From Ignisphaera sp. (GTDB taxonomy: Archaea; Thermoproteota; Thermoprotei_A; Sulfolobales; Ignisphaeraceae), in contig JAWAHS010000016.1 of the NCBI GenBank assembly GCA_038889075.1, positions 4,064 through 16,088 on the forward strand: a stretch of 12,025 nucleotides of DNA. The letters run 5' to 3'. Made by a program: the position numbers and the translations under genes. Numbering within the stretch: the first letter of the stretch is position 1; each line of letters begins with the position of its first letter. Below are positions 1 to 7,314 of this stretch, in pieces. The notes under the pieces were generated by a model, which made no database searches, was not told where the DNA came from, and worked only from the letters and a program-made list of their open reading frames with translations.

Positions 1-114
1 TACGTTAGAAACTCCTTCCATCTTAGAGTATTCGAACCAAACTACACAAAACAACACGAAGATGCCTATACCGCATTCCTAGAACTATTAGAGAGAACCT
101 CAAAATCAAAATAG
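1..114 (+). CDS. C-terminal fragment of an FGGY-family carbohydrate kinase, rhamnulokinase-like (5' end outside the window)
   Basis: Frame 1 is open from base 1 to TAG at 112-114 and reads YVRNSFHLRVFEPNYTKQHEDAYTAFLELLERTSKSK*. The VRNSF..(F/Y)EP.....AY..FL.L pattern resembles rhamnulokinase/FGGY C-termini. It is not in the supplied ORF track, and only 37 aa are visible. Confidence 0.55.
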   Translation, partial: YVRNSFHLRVFEPNYTKQHEDAYTAFLELLERTSKSK

Positions 115-246
115 CGAACCTGCGGTTCCCACCTCCTGCTCTATACATGGAACAGGTTACTTTGTCTGTCCATCCTAGATGGAAGCCGTAGAGCGGTTAT
201 GTAGGGTCTGTAGATAGACTTCGGTGAAAATGTTTCCGAGCTAGTC

Positions 247-1341
247 CTAGGTCAAAACCTTTTCTATACTACTCCTTTCTACAGCTAACCTTATCTCCCG
301 TGCTATTCTTCTACCGGTGCTCATAGGCTCGCTCCAGTAGAGGAAGGAGTAGGGGCTACCATAGATGTAGAGGTTGGTACCAGCGACTATTCTGCCGGAG
401 AACTCAAAGACTTTGATATTCATATCTCTATCAATAATGCTTTCAAGACAGAATGGCCCTACTATACCAGATTTAATGTACTTCTTGGCTGTTTCTACGA
501 ATTTTATGCCATACTCAAGTATTTTCGGTAGCAGGCTTTCCCTAAGCACGAGAGGGATATTTCCCACAACGGTGAAGGTAGGATCTAGGTCTAGCTCTAC
601 TACATATTTTGGCGGTAGCCTCCCTACACCATCTATATCTGATTCGTATCTTATGTCCGCGCTTAGTATCTCAACTCTATCTAATATTATACTGTAGAAG
701 TAGTGGTAGTAGGCTGTAGCACCTATTAAGTATTCCTGTATCACGACCTGGTCGAGGCTTTCTATAACACTGCTCTTCAAATACTTGTTGAGCTTCTCAA
801 TGATCTCCTCCCTCGATGTGGCTAAGAAGTAGCCCCTACCCCCCTTTGCACCAGGAAGCTTAACTATTACAAGCCTATCGATTTCATCATTTAGTGTGTA
901 TATCTTTGGTATAGGTATACCAGAGTTTTTGAGGAGCTCCATCTTCTTATGCTGATCAGCTTCGATGGAAAACATGTAGCGTGATCCAAATATCGGTATA
1001 GGGATGGTCTCAGCACAACTCAGTCCAACATACTCTACATAGCTTCCGTGGGGAACTATAATGCTGTACCACTCTCTAAGCTTTGAAACAACATCTTCTC
1101 TACAGAGATCTCGCCAACTATCAACAACTATAAAGTTGTCTATAAGATGGGAAAACTGTCTGTAAAACCATACCCTATCCCTCAACGTAATAACAGCTGT
1201 TCTAAACCCCTCTAGCTTTGCACCATGGACTATCTGCAACGATGAATGGCTTGCCAATGTCGCTACAGATAGCCTATCCACATCATATTTAGCTACAATA
1301 GACCCTATATCCAAATCCTGCACCAGATCATCCCTCAGCAC
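247..1341 (-). CDS. purP: FAICAR synthetase (5-formaminoimidazole-4-carboxamide ribonucleotide synthetase), ATP-grasp PurP family, canonical type I-like
   Basis: Motifs ASHSSLQI, PHGSYVEY, glycine-rich loop GAKGGRGYFLA, DIRYES, VVGNIPLVLRESLL, GPFCLES, FEFSGRIVAGTN and GRRIAREI. The GTG start (1339-1341) overlaps the end of purB by 7 nt. Confidence 0.92.
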   Translation of the reverse strand: MLRDDLVQDLDIGSIVAKYDVDRLSVATLASHSSLQIVHGAKLEGFRTAVITLRDRVWFYRQFSHLIDNFIVVDSWRDLCREDVVSKLREWYSIIVPHGSYVEYVGLSCAETIPIPIFGSRYMFSIEADQHKKMELLKNSGIPIPKIYTLNDEIDRLVIVKLPGAKGGRGYFLATSREEIIEKLNKYLKSSVIESLDQVVIQEYLIGATAYYHYFYSIILDRVEILSADIRYESDIDGVGRLPPKYVVELDLDPTFTVVGNIPLVLRESLLPKILEYGIKFVETAKKYIKSGIVGPFCLESIIDRDMNIKVFEFSGRIVAGTNLYIYGSPYSFLYWSEPMSTGRRIAREIRLAVERSSIEKVLT

Positions 1342-2678
1342 AAAGTCAGCACATTTTTCACATAGTTTGCAGTTCTTTCAATAAGCTCTCTATAGCATCC
1401 AAGGTAGCTGTTGTAGTCGAGTATTTTCTCAAGCTCTTCACGTGTAAACAGCTTGGAGATCCTCTCATCCCTTAGAAGCCTATCCAAGAAGCTCTCCCCT
1501 TCGTTCATAGTTGTGGATAGCTCCTGAAGTACTCTATGGGCTTCATGTCTATGCATACCTTTTTCAACCAGTTTAACCATAACAGCTTCGGACATGGCTG
1601 CTCCTCTTAGCAGCATGAGGTTTTTCTTCATAGTATTCTCATCTATGCTGAGGATTGTTAGAAGCCTCTCCATATCCATAAGCATTTGATCTATTACGAG
1701 AAAAGTGTGGGGTAGTAGAATTCTTTCACTGCTACTGTTTGTAAGATCTCTCTCATGCATTAACGGTATGTTTTCGAGAGCTACTGATACAAAGCCTCTT
1801 AGGACTTTCGCTAAACCCGATATCCTCTCAGCTATAACCGGGTTCCTCTTATGAGGCATGGTGCTACTGCCAATCCTTTTAACAGCCTCGTACACCTCTC
1901 CTATCTCAGGTCTGGAAAGCTCCCTAACCTCTAGGGCAAATCTATCCAATTGACTTGCTAGAATGGCTAGGTTAGCGACAAGTTCTGCAAATCCATCCCT
2001 AGGAGCAACCTGGGTACTTATTGTGTGAGGATCAAGCCCTAGGTACTCCATAGCATACCTCTCTACAACCAGCCCCTTATCGCCCCATGCAGCCATAGTT
2101 CCAACAGCTCCACTCATCTTCCCTTTAACAACTCTCTTCCTACATTCACACAGCCTTTCATAGCTTCGGGAGAACTCGTAGGCATAGTTAGCTAATTTAA
2201 AGCCAAATGTTATGGGTAGTGCGTGTTGTCCATGTGTACGGCCGACCATTACCACATCGGCATATTTTATAGACATATCCACAATTTTTTCAATTATATG
2301 CTTTAGCCTAGCTAAGACTATGGAAAGGGCATCCCCTATCACTAGAGCCCATGCTGTATCGACAATATCGTAGCTTGTTGCTCCTAGATGCACGTATCTA
2401 CCGCATTCACCACACCTCTCTCCAAGGATGTAGGCTAGGGATGCTATATCGTGGCCCAACTCCCTTTCCTTCACATATACATCTTCAGCCGATACCTCTT
2501 CGCTACATCTACTGATGGTATCGATGCATCTCTCTGGTGCTATGCCTGCCTTCGCTAAACTAACGATTAGAGCCTTCTCTACCTCAAGAAATCGTTTGAC
2601 TATGTTATCAGATTTGAAGAGGTTTCTCATCTCCTCAGATCCATACCTCCACTCAAGTACACACATACTGCTACCCAT
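1335..2678 (-). CDS. purB: Adenylosuccinate lyase
   Basis: Fumarate-lyase signature SSTMPHKRNP, plus HLGATSYD, GRTHGQHA, SGAVGT and HERDLTNSS. An AGGAGG RBS (2688-2693) overlaps the upstream gene's TAG. Confidence 0.96.
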   Translation of the reverse strand: MGSSMCVLEWRYGSEEMRNLFKSDNIVKRFLEVEKALIVSLAKAGIAPERCIDTISRCSEEVSAEDVYVKERELGHDIASLAYILGERCGECGRYVHLGATSYDIVDTAWALVIGDALSIVLARLKHIIEKIVDMSIKYADVVMVGRTHGQHALPITFGFKLANYAYEFSRSYERLCECRKRVVKGKMSGAVGTMAAWGDKGLVVERYAMEYLGLDPHTISTQVAPRDGFAELVANLAILASQLDRFALEVRELSRPEIGEVYEAVKRIGSSTMPHKRNPVIAERISGLAKVLRGFVSVALENIPLMHERDLTNSSSERILLPHTFLVIDQMLMDMERLLTILSIDENTMKKNLMLLRGAAMSEAVMVKLVEKGMHRHEAHRVLQELSTTMNEGESFLDRLLRDERISKLFTREELEKILDYNSYLGCYRELIERTANYVKNVLTLC

Positions 2679-2691
2679 AGTCCGCCGCCTC

Positions 2692-3807
2692 CTAGGTCAC
2701 TATCTCCTCAAGGCATTCCATATGTAGGCAATCCCTAATCTCTATAGCTATCCTCCTACCCATGCTAATCGGTTCACCGAAGTATAGCTTGCTGTACTGG
2801 CTCCCTATACCCATGTGGATATTTGTTCCTCCACCAATCCTAAGAGCTACATCGAATACCACTACATCCATATCTGGTGTAACCATCAGCTGTAGGGTGA
2901 AGGGTCCTATAACACCCGGGGGTTCAATTCTTATAGATGCTTCCACAAACCTATCACCTATATCAAACAGCTTCTCAAGCATGCTCTCCCTAATGGTAGC
3001 CATTTCATGTCCTATCTCTATCATCTCTACATCTATGTACTCCTTAAGCTCGATCTGAACATCTGCCGGAAGTCTTAGAAATCCATCGAGATTCGTTTGT
3101 ATTCTCCTATCGATACCTATTATCTCAACGTCCTTTCTAGCTACAGTTCTAAAGTAGTTTACGTTAAAGTGGGAACCCACCACCAGCTCCTCTATAGATG
3201 CTCTATGAAAATCCTTCTCATCTACAATTCCATCCGATGCAAGTTTCCTAAACTTCTTCCAAAAATCATCTCTATCGATAGCTATGAAGAATCCTCTCTC
3301 AACCCTCTTCCTAGCATGGGGCATTTTAACCATAACAGGCCTATCTATTGCATCAGGCGATTCGAATATCCTGGGCCTTCTAATCCCTGCTTCATCGAGT
3401 ATGCTATAGTATGTTTTTTCTCCAACTCTCTCCTCGTATTTCAGGAGATATCTATTGCCGAAAATTGGTACAGGAAATCTATTCTCAATATTTTCGTAGC
3501 CAACATATACAGAGAAACTTCTATTGGGAACAAATACAGCATTTCTAGACCTTAGAATAGATACAACATCATCTCTAACTACATCTGCAAATCTATCGAG
3601 GATAACCGGGTAATCGACGACCCTTCTAAACCTAAGGTAGGGCTTCTCCCTACCTTTCTGACATACAGCTATCGTTTTAAAGTTCTCATCCTTAGCTCCA
3701 TCGAATACATCCAGTGCTGAATGGCTTGCAATTGTAGCTATATGAACCGATTCTACATCCAGTCGATAGTTCTTCACAAGATCTCTAGGACTGTACCTCA
3801 AATCCAA
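2692..3807 (-). CDS. purP: PurP-like ATP-grasp paralogue (divergent type II-like; DUF1246/DUF1297 domains)
   Basis: Motifs ASHSALDVFDGAKDE, PNRSFSVY, DRRIQTNLDG, IRESMLE, GPFTLQ, DVALRIGGGTN and MGRRIA. The Gly-rich loop is replaced by HARKRVERGFF. TTG start at 3805-3807 with a GGTG RBS at 3816-3819. Confidence 0.88.
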   Translation of the reverse strand: MDLRYSPRDLVKNYRLDVESVHIATIASHSALDVFDGAKDENFKTIAVCQKGREKPYLRFRRVVDYPVILDRFADVVRDDVVSILRSRNAVFVPNRSFSVYVGYENIENRFPVPIFGNRYLLKYEERVGEKTYYSILDEAGIRRPRIFESPDAIDRPVMVKMPHARKRVERGFFIAIDRDDFWKKFRKLASDGIVDEKDFHRASIEELVVGSHFNVNYFRTVARKDVEIIGIDRRIQTNLDGFLRLPADVQIELKEYIDVEMIEIGHEMATIRESMLEKLFDIGDRFVEASIRIEPPGVIGPFTLQLMVTPDMDVVVFDVALRIGGGTNIHMGIGSQYSKLYFGEPISMGRRIAIEIRDCLHMECLEEIVT

Positions 3808-3846
3808 AATTTCTGCACCACAGATAGAGAAATCCTAGAATCAAAG

Positions 3847-3863
3847 ATATAAACTATTTATAT
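3847..3863 (-). promoter_or_regulatory. Putative BRE/TATA promoter of the pur operon, within the perfect palindrome ATATAAA-CTA-TTTATAT
   Basis: The minus strand reads TAAATAG TTTATAT about 40 nt upstream of the TTG start, which fits a short leader carrying the GGTG RBS. Confidence 0.55.
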
Positions 3864-4152
3864 ACATTGCCATGCTATAGCCTATCCTGGAAGAGAACAC
3901 CTATCTACATAATCTATGTAGATTGAAAAGCTCTGCCGGCTACCACTTTGACTACAGGTGGGAATCTTAGTTGAAGCTTAGATGCAACCCTCTGAGTACA
4001 CTGTTTTTGGTAACCATAATTGGATGGTGTGGAGAAAAGCTGTAGCCTAAAAATCGGTGTTTAAGGGATTTTATAGCATAAATCGATATATAATAGAGAG
4101 GCTTAGATGTAGCACCTATGTATAGGCAACGAAGATAGGTATTCACAGTACC

Positions 4153-4167
4153 AGGGTTTTTAAAGTT
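4153..4167 (+). promoter_or_regulatory. Putative TATA-containing promoter motif of hypD (AGGGTTTTTAAAGTT)
   Basis: TTTTTAAA box about 90 nt upstream of ATG 4257. The same 15-mer occurs at 10068-10082. Confidence 0.5.
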
Positions 4168-4256
4168 CTGAAAAAGAGTTGTTGGTATCGACACTAACAG
4201 ATCTCTGTACATCTGTTGAATGTATGGAGGCATGGCTTGGTGTAGGGGTGGCTGTT

Positions 4257-5483
4257 ATGGATATTGGATATAGAGAAGCTCCTAGCAGTATTGAGATGCT
4301 GGTGAATCTATTTAGAAGCAATCTGCCTCTCGTTAGAACACTGGTTTCAAAGATTAGATCACTGACTCTAGAGGTTGGGAAGAGGTATGGTGGGGATTCC
4401 AGATTTAGAATAATGGATTTCTGCGGTACACATGAATGGACTATTACCCACTTTGGAATACGTAGTTTGATGCCGCCTGCGATAGAGCTTGTAGCTGGTC
4501 CTGGATGCCCAGTCTGCGTCACACCATCGTATTTTATAGAGGAGGTTGTAAAGCTGGCTTTGGATGGTGTGACTGTGTATACATATGGTGATGTGTATAG
4601 GCTTAGAGCTATTAGATCGGTAAAAGGGGCCTACTCCCTTAGCGATGCTAGAGCTCTAGGTGCTAGTGTAAAGATTGTGACCACCATACTTGATGCCATT
4701 AGAGATGCTAGAGGTGGTAGAGGTAATGCGGTATTCGTGGGTATAGGATTTGAAACGGTAGCACCAGGGTATGCACAGGCTATAGACAGAGAACTTATAC
4801 CAGATAATCTAAGGTTTCTAAGCCTTGTCAAGCTCACACCCCCAGCAATGCTGTACTCAATAGGTGTACTGAGGGAGAGATCTGGAGAACCACCGGTAGC
4901 CGGTATTATAGCACCTGGCCACGTATCCACAGTAATAGGGGCTAAGGCTTGGGCCCCCGTTTCTGAAAACTATGGAATTCCCGTTGTAGTATCGGGATTC
5001 GAGCCAATAGATGTACTCATATCCATAGCTGAGATCATGAGGCAGCTAGCTAAAGGAGAGGCTAAAACAGTTATAGAATACACAAGAGCAGTAACGTGGC
5101 ACGGTGATTTGAAAGCGCAGAAACTGATTGCCAAAATCTTCGAAGCCGTTGATGATGCATGGAGAGGTATAGGATTCATATCTAAGAGCGGTCTAAGGCT
5201 TAGAGATAGCTACAGTAGATACGATGCCTTTAGAGAATACGGAATTAGGGAACTAACACCTGAAAACTGGAAATACGACCTCCCACCAGGCTGTAGATGC
5301 GGAGAGGTCATCATCGGTAGGGCAAAGCCTACACAATGCCCACTATTTATGAGGAGCTGCACCCCCAGCACACCCATAGGACCCTGCATGGTATCCATCG
5401 AAGGAACCTGCTCCATATGGGCAAGGCTGGGGGCGGGAGGACTAGCTGACGAAATTGCTAGAGAACTAGGGTTATCTCAGTAA
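4257..5483 (+). CDS. hypD: [NiFe]-hydrogenase maturation protein HypD
   Basis: Motifs FCGTHE, GPGCPVC, GFETV, PGHVS and GFEP, and the C-terminal Fe-S/thiol cysteine region CRC...CPLF...CTP...GPCMVSIEGTC. ATG 4257 is preferred over TTG 4179 because it has a GGGGTG RBS at 4245-4250. Confidence 0.95.
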   Translation: MDIGYREAPSSIEMLVNLFRSNLPLVRTLVSKIRSLTLEVGKRYGGDSRFRIMDFCGTHEWTITHFGIRSLMPPAIELVAGPGCPVCVTPSYFIEEVVKLALDGVTVYTYGDVYRLRAIRSVKGAYSLSDARALGASVKIVTTILDAIRDARGGRGNAVFVGIGFETVAPGYAQAIDRELIPDNLRFLSLVKLTPPAMLYSIGVLRERSGEPPVAGIIAPGHVSTVIGAKAWAPVSENYGIPVVVSGFEPIDVLISIAEIMRQLAKGEAKTVIEYTRAVTWHGDLKAQKLIAKIFEAVDDAWRGIGFISKSGLRLRDSYSRYDAFREYGIRELTPENWKYDLPPGCRCGEVIIGRAKPTQCPLFMRSCTPSTPIGPCMVSIEGTCSIWARLGAGGLADEIARELGLSQ

Positions 5484-5582
5484 CCTACAAATAGTATAGA
5501 AGGGCCTCCCCATATATAGTGGCCCACGTAGAATGGAGGTTAGGATGTGTAGGACTCCAACCATATAATAATGTTGCATATT

Positions 5583-6419
5583 TCAGCCCACTCTCCCCAT
5601 GTATTCAGGCTTAAGGAATTTCTCTAAGATTAACATAAATGCTATACTTGGCACGAGGAGAACTATCGCTGTTGCTGATGCAAACTGCATGTTATAGCCA
5701 CTTGCACTATAGAGAAGCATTGGTAGTGTCATAATGTTTGGGAGCCCTATGAAGAATGTACCTACAAATTCATCGAGTGAGTAGATAAATACAAATACAC
5801 TACTTGCTAAAATCCCTGGTTTAGCAAGAGGTAATGTAATTCTAAAGAAGGTTGTAATAGGTCTAGCACCACAAATTCTTGCCGCCTCTTCTAACTCGGG
5901 GGGGATGGATCTGAATGTGGCAGTATTTATCCATATTGCGTAGACTAAACTTGGCATTAGATGTGCCAGAACGACACCCGGCACCGTTCCAACAAGCCCC
6001 ACTCTATAGAAGATACGCATAAGGTTGACATATACTGGCTGTAGTGGGAAGGCCTGGGGCATTAGAAATAGGAAGAATAGCAGTGGTTTATACGGTACTC
6101 TATATTTTGCTAAAGCGTAGCTTGTGGGTAGTGAAATTAATTGGGTGAGTGGGGTGACTATAAGGGCTATAGTCATACTCATTTTCAGTGCATCTACAAT
6201 GTTTACAGCTCCAACAATAGCAAGACCTCTCCTAATACCGAGCGACTCCAGCCAGTAATCAAGACCTATTTCCTGTGGCAGTAGACTTGGCCAGTACCAT
6301 TTTAAAGCTATAGACCACAGCACCAAGCTTAGAAATGGTAGGAAGACCCAGAAAAACATTACCGCTAGCAATACCAATTTAGTGGCCAAAGCCAAAGTTT
6401 TAATTATTTTAACGCTCAT
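5583..6419 (-). CDS. ABC transporter permease (PotC-like, BPD_transp_1)
   Basis: About 6 hydrophobic segments and the EAA loop LEEAARICGARPITTFFRITLPL. The start overlaps the upstream permease by 11 nt and has a GAGGGGT RBS. Confidence 0.92.
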   Translation of the reverse strand: MSVKIIKTLALATKLVLLAVMFFWVFLPFLSLVLWSIALKWYWPSLLPQEIGLDYWLESLGIRRGLAIVGAVNIVDALKMSMTIALIVTPLTQLISLPTSYALAKYRVPYKPLLFFLFLMPQAFPLQPVYVNLMRIFYRVGLVGTVPGVVLAHLMPSLVYAIWINTATFRSIPPELEEAARICGARPITTFFRITLPLAKPGILASSVFVFIYSLDEFVGTFFIGLPNIMTLPMLLYSASGYNMQFASATAIVLLVPSIAFMLILEKFLKPEYMGRVG

Positions 6420-7284
6420 AGATACCCCTCTTAACCATCTCCCTTAGGTAGTAGATGGAGAAAACAGCCACGAGTATATACATCACTACCCCAAGGGCGT
6501 TGGCCGTACCCCAGTCACCAAAGTACGTTACTCTGTGCGCTATGTCAACAGTGAGTGTTGTTGGTTTAGCTCCTCCAATCAACATATATGGTAGTGTAAA
6601 TGTTCCAATATTTGAAGCAAAAGTCAGTATAAATGCGATAGCGATGCTCGATCTCGCCATCGGTAGAAGAATGTTGAATACTATCCTCCAGGAGCTGGCA
6701 CCTACAACCTTTGCTGCTTCTATGTAGCTGTCATTAATCATGGCGAACCCACTTAGCACTATAAGTGTCATAAATGGTAGTTGCTTCCATACAAATCCTA
6801 TTAACAGTCCCTTCCAATCAAAAAATATAGGTGGGTTGCTGAGGTCTACCAATCCCACTAATGCAAGTAGAGAATTTAGATAGCCACGTGGTGCAAGAAA
6901 AGATCTCATCATTTGTGCGACTACAACCATAGGTATAAATAGTGGGAGTCTATAGATTTGATTTAAGGCTTTCTTTATTGTGATACCAGTACTTAGCCTT
7001 ATATATGATGCTATAATAATTGATAGCGCTCCTGCAACAAATGTACTCAATAGTGATATCCAAAAACTGAATACTACATCATCTCCATAAACCCTAAATA
7101 CAGTTCTATAGTATTCCAATGTTATACCTCCATGGTCGTCAGTTAAGCTTGTTACAAAACAGAGGATAAATGGGTAGATGTACAGGAGGATGATAACGAG
7201 TAGTGATGGAGCGAGCATCAAGATGGAGAGGAGGTGGGAAGAGGAAAAATTAGAAAAAATATTTAGTCTTATACCCCTTTTCAT
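6409..7284 (-). CDS. ABC transporter permease (PotB-like, BPD_transp_1)
   Basis: Multiple transmembrane segments, WKQLPFMTL, EAA loop YIEAAKVVGASSWRIVFNILLP, and a C-terminal DWGTANALGV typical of PotB-class permeases. The exact start is uncertain. Confidence 0.92.
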   Translation of the reverse strand: MKRGIRLNIFSNFSSSHLLSILMLAPSLLVIILLYIYPFILCFVTSLTDDHGGITLEYYRTVFRVYGDDVVFSFWISLLSTFVAGALSIIIASYIRLSTGITIKKALNQIYRLPLFIPMVVVAQMMRSFLAPRGYLNSLLALVGLVDLSNPPIFFDWKGLLIGFVWKQLPFMTLIVLSGFAMINDSYIEAAKVVGASSWRIVFNILLPMARSSIAIAFILTFASNIGTFTLPYMLIGGAKPTTLTVDIAHRVTYFGDWGTANALGVVMYILVAVFSIYYLREMVKRGIYER

Positions 7285-7314
7285 GGTTCTTCAACGCTGG
7301 AGTGCCGTCTCTAT

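Noticed and set aside
374-3555. Plus-strand ORFs 374-697, 2515-2727, 2762-3058 and 3097-3555
   Set aside because: They are antisense shadows of purP/purB with Ser/Ile-rich, motif-free translations.
3982-4050. 22-codon + strand ORF MQPSEYTVFGNHNWMVWRKAVA as a hypC remnant or leader peptide
   Set aside because: It has no HypC N-terminal MC..P motif and no RBS, and its length is expected by chance.
3886-4155. SRP RNA or RNase P RNA as the identity of the 270-bp segment
   Set aside because: It is too AT-rich and I could not find the conserved SRP helix-8 or RNase P P4 motifs.
4179-4256. 26-aa N-terminal extension of HypD from TTG 4179
   Set aside because: ATG 4257 has a good RBS, and TTG 4179 lies too close to the predicted TATA to be transcribed.
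3967-5416. Minus-strand ORFs 3967-4233, 4160-4522, 4631-4930, 4970-5179 and 5210-5416
   Set aside because: Four are antisense to hypD. ORF 3967-4233 has no recognisable motif or clear RBS and overlaps the predicted hypD promoter.
5502-5559. Weak stems GGGCC/GGCCC and TGGAG/CTCCA between hypD and the permease
   Set aside because: The 5-bp arms have long loops and no T-tract, so they cannot be distinguished from chance.
6409-7284. KRGI at both ends of the PotB-like permease
   Set aside because: The C-terminal copy is explained by the embedded GAGGGGT RBS of the next gene, and a 4-aa match is not significant.
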